Shown here: piece after piece, positions 49,398 through 60,867 of the stretch | Layout of the letters: the number at the start of each line of letters is the position of its first letter | Numbering within the stretch: the first letter of the stretch is position 1 | From: an uncultured Methanoregulaceae archaeon | Lineage (GTDB): Archaea > Halobacteriota > Methanomicrobia > Methanomicrobiales > Methanospirillaceae | Assembly: GCA_963717525.1 (NCBI GenBank) | Contig: OY970343.1 | Span: 1,024,001-1,088,000, forward strand | DNA: 64,000 bases | Reading direction: 5' to 3' | Position numbers and translations under genes: made by a program | Notes under the pieces: model-generated | Told to the model about the DNA's origin: nothing | Seen by the model: the letters and a program-made list of their open reading frames with translations, nothing else | The model's database searches: none

Positions 49398-51716
49398 ATG
49401 ATCGATCAGATCTTCAGTGCCCTCGCCCATACCGTCAACCGCCGGCCTAAACTGGTCGTTGGAATTATCGGTATGATTTTTATCATTGCCTTGGTCGGCA
49501 TGACCATGATCACCATGCAGACCGGCAATGACACCTACATGAACAAAAACTCGGCAGAAGGCATCGTCAATAACGAATATACCAACACGTTCAATGCAGA
49601 TGCCCTGATCCTGATCATCAAGACGAGCGACCCGCTGAGCCCTGCGGTGCTCACCTACATGGACCGGCTGGAAGCAGATATCCGGCAGCAGCAGCACGTT
49701 GCCGGCGCGTCAAGCGTCGTGGATATCCTCAAAAGCGAGAACAACGGTATCCTGCCCCAGTCAACGGGTGAGATCAGTGCACTGGTCAACCAGATGCCAT
49801 CCGCGGTCAAGGCCACAGCGGTGCCGTCCAACGTCCTGACCCTGATGGAGGTCCCCCTCGATCCCGGGCTCTCGGATGCCACCGAGGCCTCGGTCCTGAA
49901 CACCGTGCAGCTGGCAGTCGACCAGTCGAATCCGCCGGCGGGCGTGACCGTGGAGGTCTCCGGAACTCCTGCGTTCACAGCGCAGATGAAAGCGGCCATG
50001 GGATCCCAGATGGGGGTCCTGATTGGGGCCGCCATGATCCTGATGGTGCTCGTTATGGGCCTGCTCTTTTCCTACGTCAGTTACCGGTTCCTGCCGGTCG
50101 TGTTCGTAGGCCTCGGCCTCACCACCGCCCTCGGGCTGATGGGGCTGGCCGGTATCCAGCTCAACATGGCGGTGATGGGAGCGTTCCCGGTCATGATCGG
50201 CCTTGGGATCGATTACGCGATCCAGTTCCACGCACGGCTCGACGAGGAGTCCCGCAAAGGATCGCTCGATGACGCGGTCTATATGACAATCACAAAAACC
50301 GGCCCCGCGGTGATGTATGCCATGCTCGCCACCTCCTTGGGATTTGCAGCGATGTTCATCTCCACCGTGCCCATGATCCAGTCGTTCGGCCTCGTGGCCA
50401 TGATCGGCATCATGAGCTGTTACTGCGTATCGCTCGTGGGTCTCCCGGCCGTCGCCCAGGTGATCCACTACAAACCCAAACCCCAGACTCCCCAAGTCTG
50501 TTATGCGGTCGGCGAAGAGGCCTGCAATCTTCTCCCGGACCCCCAGAAAAAATCCTGGTCCTACGGTAAGTTCCTCACCAGTACTTCCATGAAAATCGCC
50601 AAAAACCCGGTCCCGATCCTCCTGATTGCCGCGCTCATCGCTGTTATCGGGTTCCAGATCGACCCGCTCATCCCTATCGAAGCCAACCAGAACAACTTCG
50701 TCCCCAGCAACATGCCGGCAAAGATCCAGATGGATCAGGTCACACGGGTCCTCGGATCCACCACGACCGCCGATTTCTACATCCAGGGCGGCAGGGTCAC
50801 TGACCTGGATACCCTCCAATGGATCAAGACATTCCAGGATTACGAACTCTCCCACCATTCCGAGGTCACATCCGCAACCTCCATCGTGACCTACATCATG
50901 GCCTACAACGGCGGTGCCATGCCCCAGACCCAGAGCCAGGTGGACGCGGCGCTGGCTAAAATACCCGCCAGCATCAAAGACCAGTACCTCAGCGGCTCAA
51001 TGCGCGGCGTGGTCCAGTTCGGGATGACCAATCTCCAGATCCCCCAGGAAGAGGACCTCAAGAAAGTCATGGTCAACGATATCGCATTCCTCCAGCCCCC
51101 GATCGGTATCTCCGTCCAGCCGGCCGGGTCGTTCGATATCATGACCGCTCTTATCGGCGGGATGTCCTCATCCAAAGACGAGATGACTTACCTCGGGTTC
51201 GCCCTGATCTTCGTATTCCTCGCCTTGGTTTACCGGCATTTCCACGCTATATCCCCCCTCATCCCTATCGTGCTGATCGTCGGCTGGAACTCCGTGATGA
51301 TGTATATCCTCGGTATCGCTTACTCCCCCCTGACCGCTACCCTCGGCTCCATGACCATCGGCGTTGCTGCCGAGTATACTATCCTCGTGATGGAACGTTA
51401 CTCCGAAGAGGAAGAACGCCTCCACGACCATATCGCTGCTATTCAGGAAAGCGTGAGCAGGATCGGTACCGCTATCACCGTCTCCGGTCTCGCAACATTC
51501 TTTGGGTTCTCCGCTCTCTGCCTCTCCAACTTCCCCATCATCAGTAACTTCGGTGTATGTACGCTCATTGCCGTGGGATTCTCTCTCTGCGGGGCCATAT
51601 TCATCATGCCCGCCGTTCTCTCCCTCATGGGACAGTTCACCGAATGGCTCGATAAACGGAAGTTACATCCGCACATCGATCATGAGGAACTCCAAAAAAC
51701 AGAAAGTCCGGACTAA
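49398..51716 (+). CDS. RND/MMPL-type (HAE3) transporter
   Basis: Duplicated halves, with GLGIDYAIQFHAR, GVAAEYTILVMERY and GFSAL. Confidence 0.92.
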   Translation: MIDQIFSALAHTVNRRPKLVVGIIGMIFIIALVGMTMITMQTGNDTYMNKNSAEGIVNNEYTNTFNADALILIIKTSDPLSPAVLTYMDRLEADIRQQQHVAGASSVVDILKSENNGILPQSTGEISALVNQMPSAVKATAVPSNVLTLMEVPLDPGLSDATEASVLNTVQLAVDQSNPPAGVTVEVSGTPAFTAQMKAAMGSQMGVLIGAAMILMVLVMGLLFSYVSYRFLPVVFVGLGLTTALGLMGLAGIQLNMAVMGAFPVMIGLGIDYAIQFHARLDEESRKGSLDDAVYMTITKTGPAVMYAMLATSLGFAAMFISTVPMIQSFGLVAMIGIMSCYCVSLVGLPAVAQVIHYKPKPQTPQVCYAVGEEACNLLPDPQKKSWSYGKFLTSTSMKIAKNPVPILLIAALIAVIGFQIDPLIPIEANQNNFVPSNMPAKIQMDQVTRVLGSTTTADFYIQGGRVTDLDTLQWIKTFQDYELSHHSEVTSATSIVTYIMAYNGGAMPQTQSQVDAALAKIPASIKDQYLSGSMRGVVQFGMTNLQIPQEEDLKKVMVNDIAFLQPPIGISVQPAGSFDIMTALIGGMSSSKDEMTYLGFALIFVFLALVYRHFHAISPLIPIVLIVGWNSVMMYILGIAYSPLTATLGSMTIGVAAEYTILVMERYSEEEERLHDHIAAIQESVSRIGTAITVSGLATFFGFSALCLSNFPIISNFGVCTLIAVGFSLCGAIFIMPAVLSLMGQFTEWLDKRKLHPHIDHEELQKTESPD

Positions 51717-51749
51717 TATGCAAAAAAATATGTTATTGAGGTATAACCT

Positions 51750-53042
51750 ATGAAATCCTACACCACAATTGCACTCCTACTTCTCGTGGCAGCCCTGTGC
51801 GTTATACCCGTCTTGGGCCAGGAGAAATACCAGGGGGGCTCCCCGCAGATATCGGCCTACATTGCCGGGACAAACGAGTTTTCCCCGGGCCAGGATGCCA
51901 CGATCACGGTGGTCATCCAGAACAGCGGGACAGCCGCGGTGATGTTCATCAACCAGGGAACCCTGCCACAGGCCGATCTCCCCACGACTGCCAAGCTGGT
52001 CACGGTGGGCCTTTCTTCAGGTGGGGCGCCGATCAACATCACGACCGGCACCCAGACCCTGGGAGATATCCAGAGTCCCGGGATCACCAGTGCCAGTTTC
52101 TCGGCCACGATCACGTCTGACGCGAACCTTGGGTCCTACACGCTCCCCCTGACCGTGCAGTACCTGTACCTTTCCAACAGCCTCGCCAACCAGCCCACGA
52201 GTGACCAGGTCCAGTCCGTGTACACCCCCGTGACCGTAACGATCCCGCTCAATATTACGATAGAACCGGTCGTCCAGATCGACGTGCTTGATGCCGAGGC
52301 GTCGGGCCTGGCCGTGGGAACTGAGGGCTACATCAACCTGACGATCCAGAATACCGGGTACCAGGACGGGACACAGGCCACTGTTCAGATCCTGCAGCAC
52401 GGTGCCAGCGCGATCATCCCGACCGATGACAGCGTCTATATTGGGGACTTCCCGCGGGGCGGGATTGTCACCTGCCTGTACAAGGTCGCCGTCTCCAGCG
52501 ATGCGCAGCAGCAGACTTACCCGGTCGATGTGGAGGTGACCTACACGAACTCGGATGGTAATACGGTGACCTCTGCGATCGATACGGTCGGCATCCCGGT
52601 GGCTGCCAAGCTCTCCTTTGCGGTCATCTCGCCCCCGGCGGTGATTACCCAGGGATCGAGCAGCGTGATTGACGTGGTATACCAAAATACGGGCGCGATC
52701 ACCGCAAACAACGCCGAGGCACGGCTCTCGACCTACGGACCGCTTTCCAGCGCGGATACCCTCGCCTACCTCGGCGATATCCCGCCCGGCGGGAACGTGA
52801 CCGCCCATTACGCAATCAGCGTTGCAAGCGATGCGGCTCCCGGGACCTATCCCCTGAATACCGAAGTCAGGTACCGCGATGCCCTCGATAACAGCCAGGT
52901 CTCCGATACCTTCACCGCAAACGTCCAGGTGAATGCCCTACCGCCCGCATCGCCCCTCGTCCTGATCGTTGAGATCTTCATTGTCGCAATGGTGATCGTG
53001 GCTGCCGGCTACTATGTGGTTGTCGTGAGGAAGAAAAGATAA
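51750..53042 (+). CDS. COG1361 S-layer-domain family protein
   Basis: Signal peptide, Ig-like repeats, C-terminal TM helix and RKKR tail. Confidence 0.85.
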   Translation: MKSYTTIALLLLVAALCVIPVLGQEKYQGGSPQISAYIAGTNEFSPGQDATITVVIQNSGTAAVMFINQGTLPQADLPTTAKLVTVGLSSGGAPINITTGTQTLGDIQSPGITSASFSATITSDANLGSYTLPLTVQYLYLSNSLANQPTSDQVQSVYTPVTVTIPLNITIEPVVQIDVLDAEASGLAVGTEGYINLTIQNTGYQDGTQATVQILQHGASAIIPTDDSVYIGDFPRGGIVTCLYKVAVSSDAQQQTYPVDVEVTYTNSDGNTVTSAIDTVGIPVAAKLSFAVISPPAVITQGSSSVIDVVYQNTGAITANNAEARLSTYGPLSSADTLAYLGDIPPGGNVTAHYAISVASDAAPGTYPLNTEVRYRDALDNSQVSDTFTANVQVNALPPASPLVLIVEIFIVAMVIVAAGYYVVVVRKKR

Positions 53043-53098
53043 GGAGAGAGCATGATGGCATCTTTATTGACGATAGCAAAAAAGACGGGTGAGCGATA

Positions 53099-54391
53099 AT
53101 GACATCGACAGGCAGGAAGGTCACACTTCTCGTAATACTCCTCGCATGTCTCGCCGTCCCGGCGTTTGCCGGCACGAAGTATCTGGCCGGCAGCCCGAAC
53201 CTGACGGCGTATATAGCCGGGGCGAACCAGTATACGGCGGGCAGCGACATCCAGATCCCGGTAGTGATCAAAAACACCGGTATAAACACGAACTATGAGG
53301 TAGCGCCGAACATTGTCGATCTGGCGGATGTTCCGACTACGGCGAAATTTGTCACGGTCGCCATGGGTGCGGGGGATGCCCCGGTGGTGATCAAATCCGA
53401 TCCCCAGATGATTGGGGACATTGCGAGCCAGGCCCAGCAGACCGTGACGTTCTCCGCGAAGGTTAATGCCGATGCCGCGGGCGGCACGTATTATCTGCCG
53501 CTCAACATCAGTTACACCCAGTTCTCGAACGTCGACCAGTACGGCCTTGACACGTTCCGGTATTACTACGTGCCCGGCAACGTGACCATTACCGCCCCGC
53601 TGGTCATCAAGTCCGAGGTGATCCCGGAGGTTGTCTCAGCGACCTCCGGCCAGCTGGTTGCGGGTGCAAACGGCTACGTGAACCTGACCATCGCAAATAT
53701 CGGGTCGCTTGACGGCGCCAAAGCAACCGTGGAGATCCTCCAGGACGATGACAGCCCGGTCAGTCCGGTCGACAGCAGCGTGTATATCGGTGCATTTCCC
53801 GCAGGCAGCACGGTCTCCTGCCAGTACAAGGTATCCGTGGCAAAGGATGCGGAGAACAAGACCTATCCCATAGATGTTGTTGTGATGTACCAGAATGACG
53901 AGGGAGATTTCGTTCCGTCACAGACCCAGGTCGTAGGTGTGGACGTCGGCAATAAGGTTTCTTTTGCAATCCAGTCTCCCCCGGTCGAGATGAGCCCGGG
54001 CAGCAAGCGGACGATCCAGGTCGAATACCAGAACACCGGGGACTCCACGGTCTACAGCGCGGAGGCTCGTATCAGCGTGGTCGATCCGTTCACCAGTTCC
54101 TCCGATATCGCTTACCTTGGCGACCTCGCGCCGGGACAGTCCGCGGTGGCTTCCTATCAGATCAGCGTGGCAAGCGACGCGACTATCAAGGAATATGGCC
54201 TCGATTCCGAGATCCGGTACAATGATGCCCTCGACGATACCTACATCTCCGACCCGATGAAGATCTCTATCGACGTCAAAAACCTCTCCGGGATCCAGGG
54301 CATCGTCTCCAATCCCGTCTATATCTCCCTCATCGTCGCTGTGATCATCGGTATCATCTACACCCTAATTCATGCTAGGAGGAAACGATGA
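53099..54391 (+). CDS. COG1361 S-layer-domain family protein
   Basis: Signal peptide, Ig-like repeats, C-terminal TM helix and RRKR tail. Confidence 0.85.
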   Translation: MTSTGRKVTLLVILLACLAVPAFAGTKYLAGSPNLTAYIAGANQYTAGSDIQIPVVIKNTGINTNYEVAPNIVDLADVPTTAKFVTVAMGAGDAPVVIKSDPQMIGDIASQAQQTVTFSAKVNADAAGGTYYLPLNISYTQFSNVDQYGLDTFRYYYVPGNVTITAPLVIKSEVIPEVVSATSGQLVAGANGYVNLTIANIGSLDGAKATVEILQDDDSPVSPVDSSVYIGAFPAGSTVSCQYKVSVAKDAENKTYPIDVVVMYQNDEGDFVPSQTQVVGVDVGNKVSFAIQSPPVEMSPGSKRTIQVEYQNTGDSTVYSAEARISVVDPFTSSSDIAYLGDLAPGQSAVASYQISVASDATIKEYGLDSEIRYNDALDDTYISDPMKISIDVKNLSGIQGIVSNPVYISLIVAVIIGIIYTLIHARRKR

Positions 54392-54631
54392 ATGGGATCC
54401 GGTAACCGACGGATAATAAGGATATCAATGGTGCACGAGGCAAAAACCTGAATTGGCTCCCCTGCATCTCACCGTTGCAGGAAAACATCCCGGTAAACAT
54501 TTTTTTTGGGAAATGATACTGATGAATCCATGATCGGGTAATCTTTTTTAAAAGGCTTTCCGGGTATTTTTCCTATGCCGGTTTCCACCGGTCAGGCATC
54601 CTTTATGTGCTGCCGGCAGGATAGTATCGTG

Positions 54632-55504
54632 ATGGAACCTGCACGGAAACTCCTGCGCAGCGTTGAGATCGACAACGGCACGTTCACGCTAACCCTCCAC
54701 CGCGAGGACTTCTCCACGCTCTACCCCGGGATGATCAGGTACGAACTCGCGGTCACCTCCGGGGGCCAGACCCTCGACATGTTCCGGACAAACACGTACC
54801 AGTACTCCGTGCCCGAGTCCCTTGCTGCAGAAACCGTTGCGCTCATGAAGGCGGACGAATGGGAGCACGAGCTCCGCGCCAGTCGTGAGGGTTTTCTGGC
54901 TGCCCACCATAGTGGAGCACGGCCGGGGCGGAAGGAAACACAGGAAACCGCTGATGTAGTCATCATCCAGGGAAGCCCGCGGCCGGATGGCAACTGCGGC
55001 ATCCTTGCCGCATGGGCCGCGGATGCGGCGCATACTGCCGGGAGGACTGCCCGGGTAATATACCCCCACGACCTCGACATCCACTGTTGTATCGGGTGCT
55101 ACCAGTGCTACAATACCGGCATCTGTATCTTCGATGATGACATGGCAGGTATTATCGACGCTATCCGTGGCGCATCACTCCTTGTGGTCTGCTCACCGGT
55201 CTATACCAATACCGTCCCCGGCAGCCTCAAGCTGCTCATTGACCGGACCCAGGCCTACCATGCAGAGCGGGCGCTCTCGGGAGGACGCCGGGGACAATCG
55301 GGGCTGCTTTTAGCGGTCGCCGGCCGCACGGGTGGAGGCAATTTCACCTGTGTGACCAGGGTTATTTCAGCATTTTTTGAAAATCTCGGTATCAAACCTG
55401 CCGGGCAGATCCTGCTCGATCGCGCTGATGCGATCCGGGATATCAGGACCCGGGAGGGCGCAGAACAGCAGGTAAAAGATGCAGTGCGCCAGTGTCTGAC
55501 CTGA
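54632..55504 (+). CDS. Iron-sulfur flavoprotein/flavodoxin-fold protein with extra N-terminal domain
   Basis: GSPR..GN, CIGCYQC....C...DDM, SPVY and KLLIDR, after an unassigned N-terminus of about 105 aa. Confidence 0.85.
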   Translation: MEPARKLLRSVEIDNGTFTLTLHREDFSTLYPGMIRYELAVTSGGQTLDMFRTNTYQYSVPESLAAETVALMKADEWEHELRASREGFLAAHHSGARPGRKETQETADVVIIQGSPRPDGNCGILAAWAADAAHTAGRTARVIYPHDLDIHCCIGCYQCYNTGICIFDDDMAGIIDAIRGASLLVVCSPVYTNTVPGSLKLLIDRTQAYHAERALSGGRRGQSGLLLAVAGRTGGGNFTCVTRVISAFFENLGIKPAGQILLDRADAIRDIRTREGAEQQVKDAVRQCLT

Positions 55505-55677
55505 CCGTCACCGGGATCCTGTTATCCCGATGCGCCGGGCTTCGTTTGCCGGTGCGGGAGAAATCAGGATGAAGAGTCGTGCTATCCCCGGACCGTCCCC
55601 GCCGTGGGACCAAAAGGTTGGGCCTGCAAGTGTTTATCCACCTGCCCTGCCAACGGATAGCAGCAGCGTGATAAACC

Positions 55678-57101
55678 ATGGTCACCCCCCAGTTCCTCCC
55701 GATTCCAAAAGCGATTCACGCGCTTGCCTGCGAGACCATCAGCCGCCGCGTCGACCGGCTCCCTTTCACCAGGAACGATGTCGAGATCACCGAAGGCATT
55801 GTGGGGATCACTCTCGAATGCCTGAACGCTGAAGTCATGCGGACACTCCCTTTAAAAACCGTCGCCCGGGGGACCGGCACCCACCCCGGCCTCGCCGAAT
55901 GCCTCAGTGAGCGCAGGGGAAGCGACCAGGGTGGGGTCGCACCGGTTATTGCCGAGGTCCTGGTAAACGCCGGCCTTGCTGAGCCGGCCGAAGTGCTCGA
56001 CACGGCAACACACACGCAGATCCGGGGGATCCGGCTCCTTCCCGCATGGACCTGGCATATCGGGTCAGGAGAATTTTCCCGTGGTGGCGGACAGTATACC
56101 GGAGGGTATGATGCATGGCTTGCCCGGTGCCCGGTCTGCAAAACCGGTATTCTTGGCCGGGTGACCGGCAAACGGTTGTTCGGCATCCCTCCAACCGATT
56201 TCTATTTCGACTGTTCGCACTGCGGCGCAAAGTTCACCCCGGAGAAAGACCGGTTCCGGCTGGTCTCGATCGCCCGCATTGCTGACCCGCGCTGGCGGCA
56301 GTACCTCAATTCCAGCCGGACGCCCGATGAATGGTCAGCACTGATCCGGGAAGAAACACCGGTGCGGCAGGCCCCTTCCCGCATCGCCACGTCACGGTAC
56401 CGCATGGCATCCAGAAAACCTGAAGCACCGCACCAGACTCCACCTGTCCGCCGGCCGGAAAACCTGTACGACCGATCGAAGGCGTCCCGGTACCTTTTTC
56501 CACCCTCAGGGACGGGTCGCTCATCGTCACCGGCACCCCAAAAACCCTCTATTTCCGGCCCGTCGGCCTACGGTTTTTGCGCGGGACACGACATGATCTC
56601 TTCTGCCAAGCAAAGCGCACCCTTCGGCAGGCACTCGACAGTACGGCCTTTGCCGGGGTAAAACCTGTCTTTGTACATGAATATGCGCAGTACCTCCCCC
56701 TCCGGCTCGGACCGGTCACGGAAGACCTCAGGAGAAAAAACGACCCCCGGTACAGGCTGCTCCTTAACCGGTACGGTGACGCGGATTTTAGCTCATTTGC
56801 GATGGAGAATCCGGAACAGGCGCAGATGAAAGGGATCCTTATCGTTTTTCTGCAGGGGAAACTCTGCCACGTTGCTGCCTGCCATACCACCTTTGAAGAT
56901 CTTGTCGACCATACCTTCGGGAATATCAACGCCGACAGATGTTACTGCGACGGGGACGAAACTGCCTGCCGGATCAACAGCCTCGTCACTGCCTTCCGGG
57001 ATACTCCAGTCATCTGGATTCATGAACTGGAGGACGACCACGCCATAGATGCTGCGGTAACCGATCTGCGGAACCGCTACCTGAAGGTTCCCGCTGCTTA
57101 A
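55678..57101 (+). CDS. Multidomain hypothetical protein: Zn ribbon + degenerate GIY-YIG-like domain; frameshift near 56470
   Basis: CPVC...CSHC in the first frame. LNRYGD...KGILIV...CHVAAC...FGNI..DRCYCDGDETACRINSL in the second. Confidence 0.6.
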
Positions 57102-57198
57102 TGAGATACGACAGGATCCTGATAAGATCAGAGAATTTTTCATATCCTATGCAAACATTATACTTATCAACTCAGGTCAGGGGACAGGGAGACATCGG

Positions 57199-58589
57199 AT
57201 GAAAAAATGTCCGCACTGCGGGATGAATATCCGGGATAACGTCGAGGTCTGCGGGTACTGCGGTGGCGAGATTTCGCCGCAGCCGGCAGCTGCCTCCGGC
57301 ATGAAAGGTGCTCAGGCCCCGCAGCGGAATGTCCCGCCCCGGCCGCTCCGAAAAAGCCCGCGGCCCCCCCGGCTGATGAGCCGGAAAGCGAGGAGGGTGA
57401 GGAAGAGGAGGGGGGCCTTTCTAAAATCCTCCAGCCGGGCGAACAGGTGCTGATCGGGTCGCTCAACGTATCGGTAAAAAAATTCTTTTTCCATGCCTAC
57501 CTTACGAACAAACGTATCTTCCTGATCGATACCCAGGAAAAGAAACTCAAGGTCACGGCAAAGGACATCCCACGTGAAACGATTGCCGACAGCATCGTGG
57601 AATACTCGGAGAATGCCGACCCGGTGCTCGTGCTCTCGGTGAAATCCGCCGATGATGAGGTCAAGACCATGAAACTGGTCTTTACCCAGAACGGCACCGA
57701 CCGTATCGGGGAGATAGACGACTGGATAGCGCTGCTCGGACGTGAGCCGGAGACAAAGAAACCACGGCGGCAGACGCCCCCGCAGAAAGCGCCTGAGCCG
57801 GAGGTGGAAGAGCGTCCCGAAGAAGAGCCGGAGGAGGAGCTCCCGCCTCGCCCGGCAAAACCCTCCGCCCGCCCGGAAGAGATGCATCCTGCAAGGAAAC
57901 CCCTTAAGGAACACGAACGCCAGCCCCCGGTAAAACGACTCATTCCCCTTGCACGCGAACCGGAACCTGAACCGGAGCCCGAGCCGCAGGTCCAGCCCCA
58001 GAGAAGGGTGCAGGTCAGGACAGCGGAAGAGCCGCAGCCGCGCAGGGTTTCCATCACCCGCGGTGTCCCCACACCTGTGAGAGGTGACACGCAACCGGTC
58101 AGGAAGCCGGAAGTACAGGCTGCGATGCGAACGGCGATGAATAATCCAGTGCAGCCGGTGCGGCAGACCCAGCTTCACCCGGTAAAGAGCGTTATCTCTG
58201 AACCCGTCCGTCGCCCCCTGCCCGAAGTGTCTTGGGAAGCGCCTGCCGGGGAGAAACCGGTGGTACGCAGGGCCGTGGTACCGGACGAGCCGGCTGACGC
58301 CCCGCAGTTCTGCCATAACTGCGGGAAGAAACTGCCGGGCGAAGCCAACTTCTGCCCGGGATGCGGAACCAGGCTCGGGCGCTCGCGGACCGATCCGACG
58401 GCGAGGGCGTCAAAGACCATCCCCCGCCCTGCAGCAGTGACAACACCACCTCCGGCCCAGCGCAGGATCCCCAAAATAGAGGAGATCCACGAGGATGACG
58501 AGGATGAGGAACAACCGCGACGCCCGCCGGTCAAAAAGACCCCCAAGGGCAGCGACATGACCATCCTGCAGAAATTCCTCCGGCGCTGA
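57199..58589 (+). CDS. Zn-ribbon / PH-like / Pro-rich protein; frameshift near 57340
   Basis: N-terminal CPHC..CGYC, PH-like AYLTNKRIFL, Pro/Glu-rich linker and C-terminal CHNC..CPGC. Confidence 0.75.
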
Positions 58590-58737
58590 GAGGAAAAACC
58601 GGCCCATCCCTTATTTGTGTCTGTTTTTTAATCCGGCCTGTAAAACGCCGGATATTGGCGTTTTTACTCAGAAGAAATGGTTATATGAAATCCAGTCTCT
58701 TGTATTAGTACGATTACGGAGAAACCGAGGAAGTTTA

Positions 58738-59940
58738 ATGAAAAGAAATATCCAGATTGAAGCGCTGAATCAGATTCCCCTTGAAAAGCAGCGAATAGAA
58801 CTCGTTGAACGCAAATGCCTCGGCCATCCCGACAGCATTGCAGACGGAATTGCCGAGTCGATCTCCCAGGCACTCTGCCGGGAGTACCTTAAAGAGTTCG
58901 GCGCGGTCCTCCACCATAACACCGACCAGGGCGAGGTCGTGGCAGGAGAATCGTGCCCGAAATTCGGCGGCGGAAAGATGATCCGCCCGATGTACGTGTT
59001 GATCGATGGGCGTGCCACCAAGCAGTTTGGCGGCGTGACCATCGCTACCGACTCAGTTGCGGTCGAAGCAGCACATGCCTACCTCGGCAAGATCCTTCCC
59101 GAGCTCAACCAGACCCGGGACGTGATCATCGACAGCCGCCTCGGGACCGGTTCGACCGACCTGCGGGACGTCTTCAAGCCCCGGCAGGGCAAAGTCCCGC
59201 GTTCCAACGATACCTCGTTCGGTGTCGGGCATGCCCCGTTCTCTGACGTAGAGACCATCATCCGGAATTCATCAGACTACATTGACACAAAACTCCGCAA
59301 GAAGTACCCGGCCATCGGGCAGGACATCAAGATCATGGGACTGCGGGACGGGAACACTATCACCCTGACCATTGCCTGCGCCATTGTGGACAAATATTGT
59401 GCGGATATCAGGGAATACCAGGAGTACATGGGTATCCTGACCGAGGAGATCGGCAAGGTCGCAAAAAAGAGCACGAAACGCAAGGTCGTCGTGCACGTCA
59501 ACACCGCGGACGATATTAAAAAGAAGAGCGTGTTCCTGACCGTGACCGGCACATCGGCAGAGATGGGCGACGACGGTTCGGTCGGGCGTGGCAACAGGTG
59601 CAACGGGCTTATCACCCCCAACCGCCCGATGAGCATGGAAGCGACCAGCGGCAAGAACCCGATCAACCATATCGGCAAGATCTATAACCTCCTCTCGACC
59701 CAGGTCGCGCAGGAAGCGATCAAGAAAGTCGACGGCATCGAGGAGATGTACATCCGCCTGCTCTCCCAGATCGGAAAACCGATCGACCAGCCCCTCGTGG
59801 CAAGCGTCCAGGTGCTGCCCAGGAAAGGCGTCACCCTGCCGGAGATCAACAGCGAGATCCGGGTAATCGTTGACGATAACCTCGCGAACGTGACCAGCAT
59901 CACGGAGAAGGTAATCCGTGGCGAGCTCAAGACCTTCTAA
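58738..59940 (+). CDS. mat: Archaeal S-adenosylmethionine synthetase
   Basis: [32 protein letters not shown] and [13 protein letters not shown]. Confidence 0.95.
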   Translation: MKRNIQIEALNQIPLEKQRIELVERKCLGHPDSIADGIAESISQALCREYLKEFGAVLHHNTDQGEVVAGESCPKFGGGKMIRPMYVLIDGRATKQFGGVTIATDSVAVEAAHAYLGKILPELNQTRDVIIDSRLGTGSTDLRDVFKPRQGKVPRSNDTSFGVGHAPFSDVETIIRNSSDYIDTKLRKKYPAIGQDIKIMGLRDGNTITLTIACAIVDKYCADIREYQEYMGILTEEIGKVAKKSTKRKVVVHVNTADDIKKKSVFLTVTGTSAEMGDDGSVGRGNRCNGLITPNRPMSMEATSGKNPINHIGKIYNLLSTQVAQEAIKKVDGIEEMYIRLLSQIGKPIDQPLVASVQVLPRKGVTLPEINSEIRVIVDDNLANVTSITEKVIRGELKTF

Positions 59941-60862
59941 AAAGAAGCACGGCGAGACGAAGATTTCCGCCCCGGCGCCGGGGGGACCCACTCCTTTTCC
60001 CGGCATGATCCGGCTTGCGATCCCCAACAAGGGGAGGATTGCGGCACCGATCACGGAGCTGATGGAAAAGAGCGGGCTTCACCTGACGGAAGGTGCCGAG
60101 CGCAGGCTGATCGCCCGCACGCTCGACCCCCACGTGGAGATCCTGTTTGCCCGGCCCATCGATATTCCGGAATACGTTGCCACCGGGGCAGCTGACATTG
60201 GGATCACCGGCCATGACATGGTGGTCGAGCGCGAATCTGATGTCGAGGAAATTCTCGATCTCCAGATCGGGAAGGCAAAGCTCGTGCTCGCCGTCCGCGA
60301 TGATGCGGACATCTCATCAGTCCGCGACCTCAGGGAGGCAAAGATCGCAACCGAATTCCCGGTGATCACGAAACAGTATTTTGCAAAACACCATATACCG
60401 GTCACGATTGTCCTTGTCGGAGGAGCCTGCGAAGCGACTCCCCACCTCGGGATAGCTGATGCGATTGTCGATCTCTCCAGTTCGGGCAACACCCTCAAAA
60501 CCAACAGGCTCCGCGTGCTCGACGAGGTGCTTTCGACCTCCACCCTGCTCATTGCAAACCGTTCATCGCTGATGACAAAACGGGAAAAGATCGATGAGAT
60601 CCACCTCGCGCTCGAAAGCGTCATACGGGCACGTGGGCAGTGCTACCTGATGATGAACGTGAAACGGGCATCGCTTGAGAAAATAAAAAGCGTGCTTCCC
60701 GGGCTCTCCGGCCCGACCGTTATGGATGTCGCATCAACCGAGGACCTGGTCGCTGTCCACGCGGTGGTAAACGAGGAACGGGTGTACGCGCTGATCAATT
60801 CGCTGAAACGGGCCGGCGCTCGCGACATCCTTGTCATGTCGATCGAGCGGATGATCCGCTGA
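59918..60862 (+). CDS. hisG: ATP phosphoribosyltransferase (long form; start may be ATG 60005)
   Basis: [32 protein letters not shown] and PGLSGPT. Confidence 0.95.
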   Translation: MASSRPSKKKHGETKISAPAPGGPTPFPGMIRLAIPNKGRIAAPITELMEKSGLHLTEGAERRLIARTLDPHVEILFARPIDIPEYVATGAADIGITGHDMVVERESDVEEILDLQIGKAKLVLAVRDDADISSVRDLREAKIATEFPVITKQYFAKHHIPVTIVLVGGACEATPHLGIADAIVDLSSSGNTLKTNRLRVLDEVLSTSTLLIANRSSLMTKREKIDEIHLALESVIRARGQCYLMMNVKRASLEKIKSVLPGLSGPTVMDVASTEDLVAVHAVVNEERVYALINSLKRAGARDILVMSIERMIR

Positions 60863-60867
60863 TAATC

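Noticed and set aside
57955..58000. GAACCG-type short tandem repeat
   Set aside because: It encodes an ordinary EPEPEP low-complexity linker.
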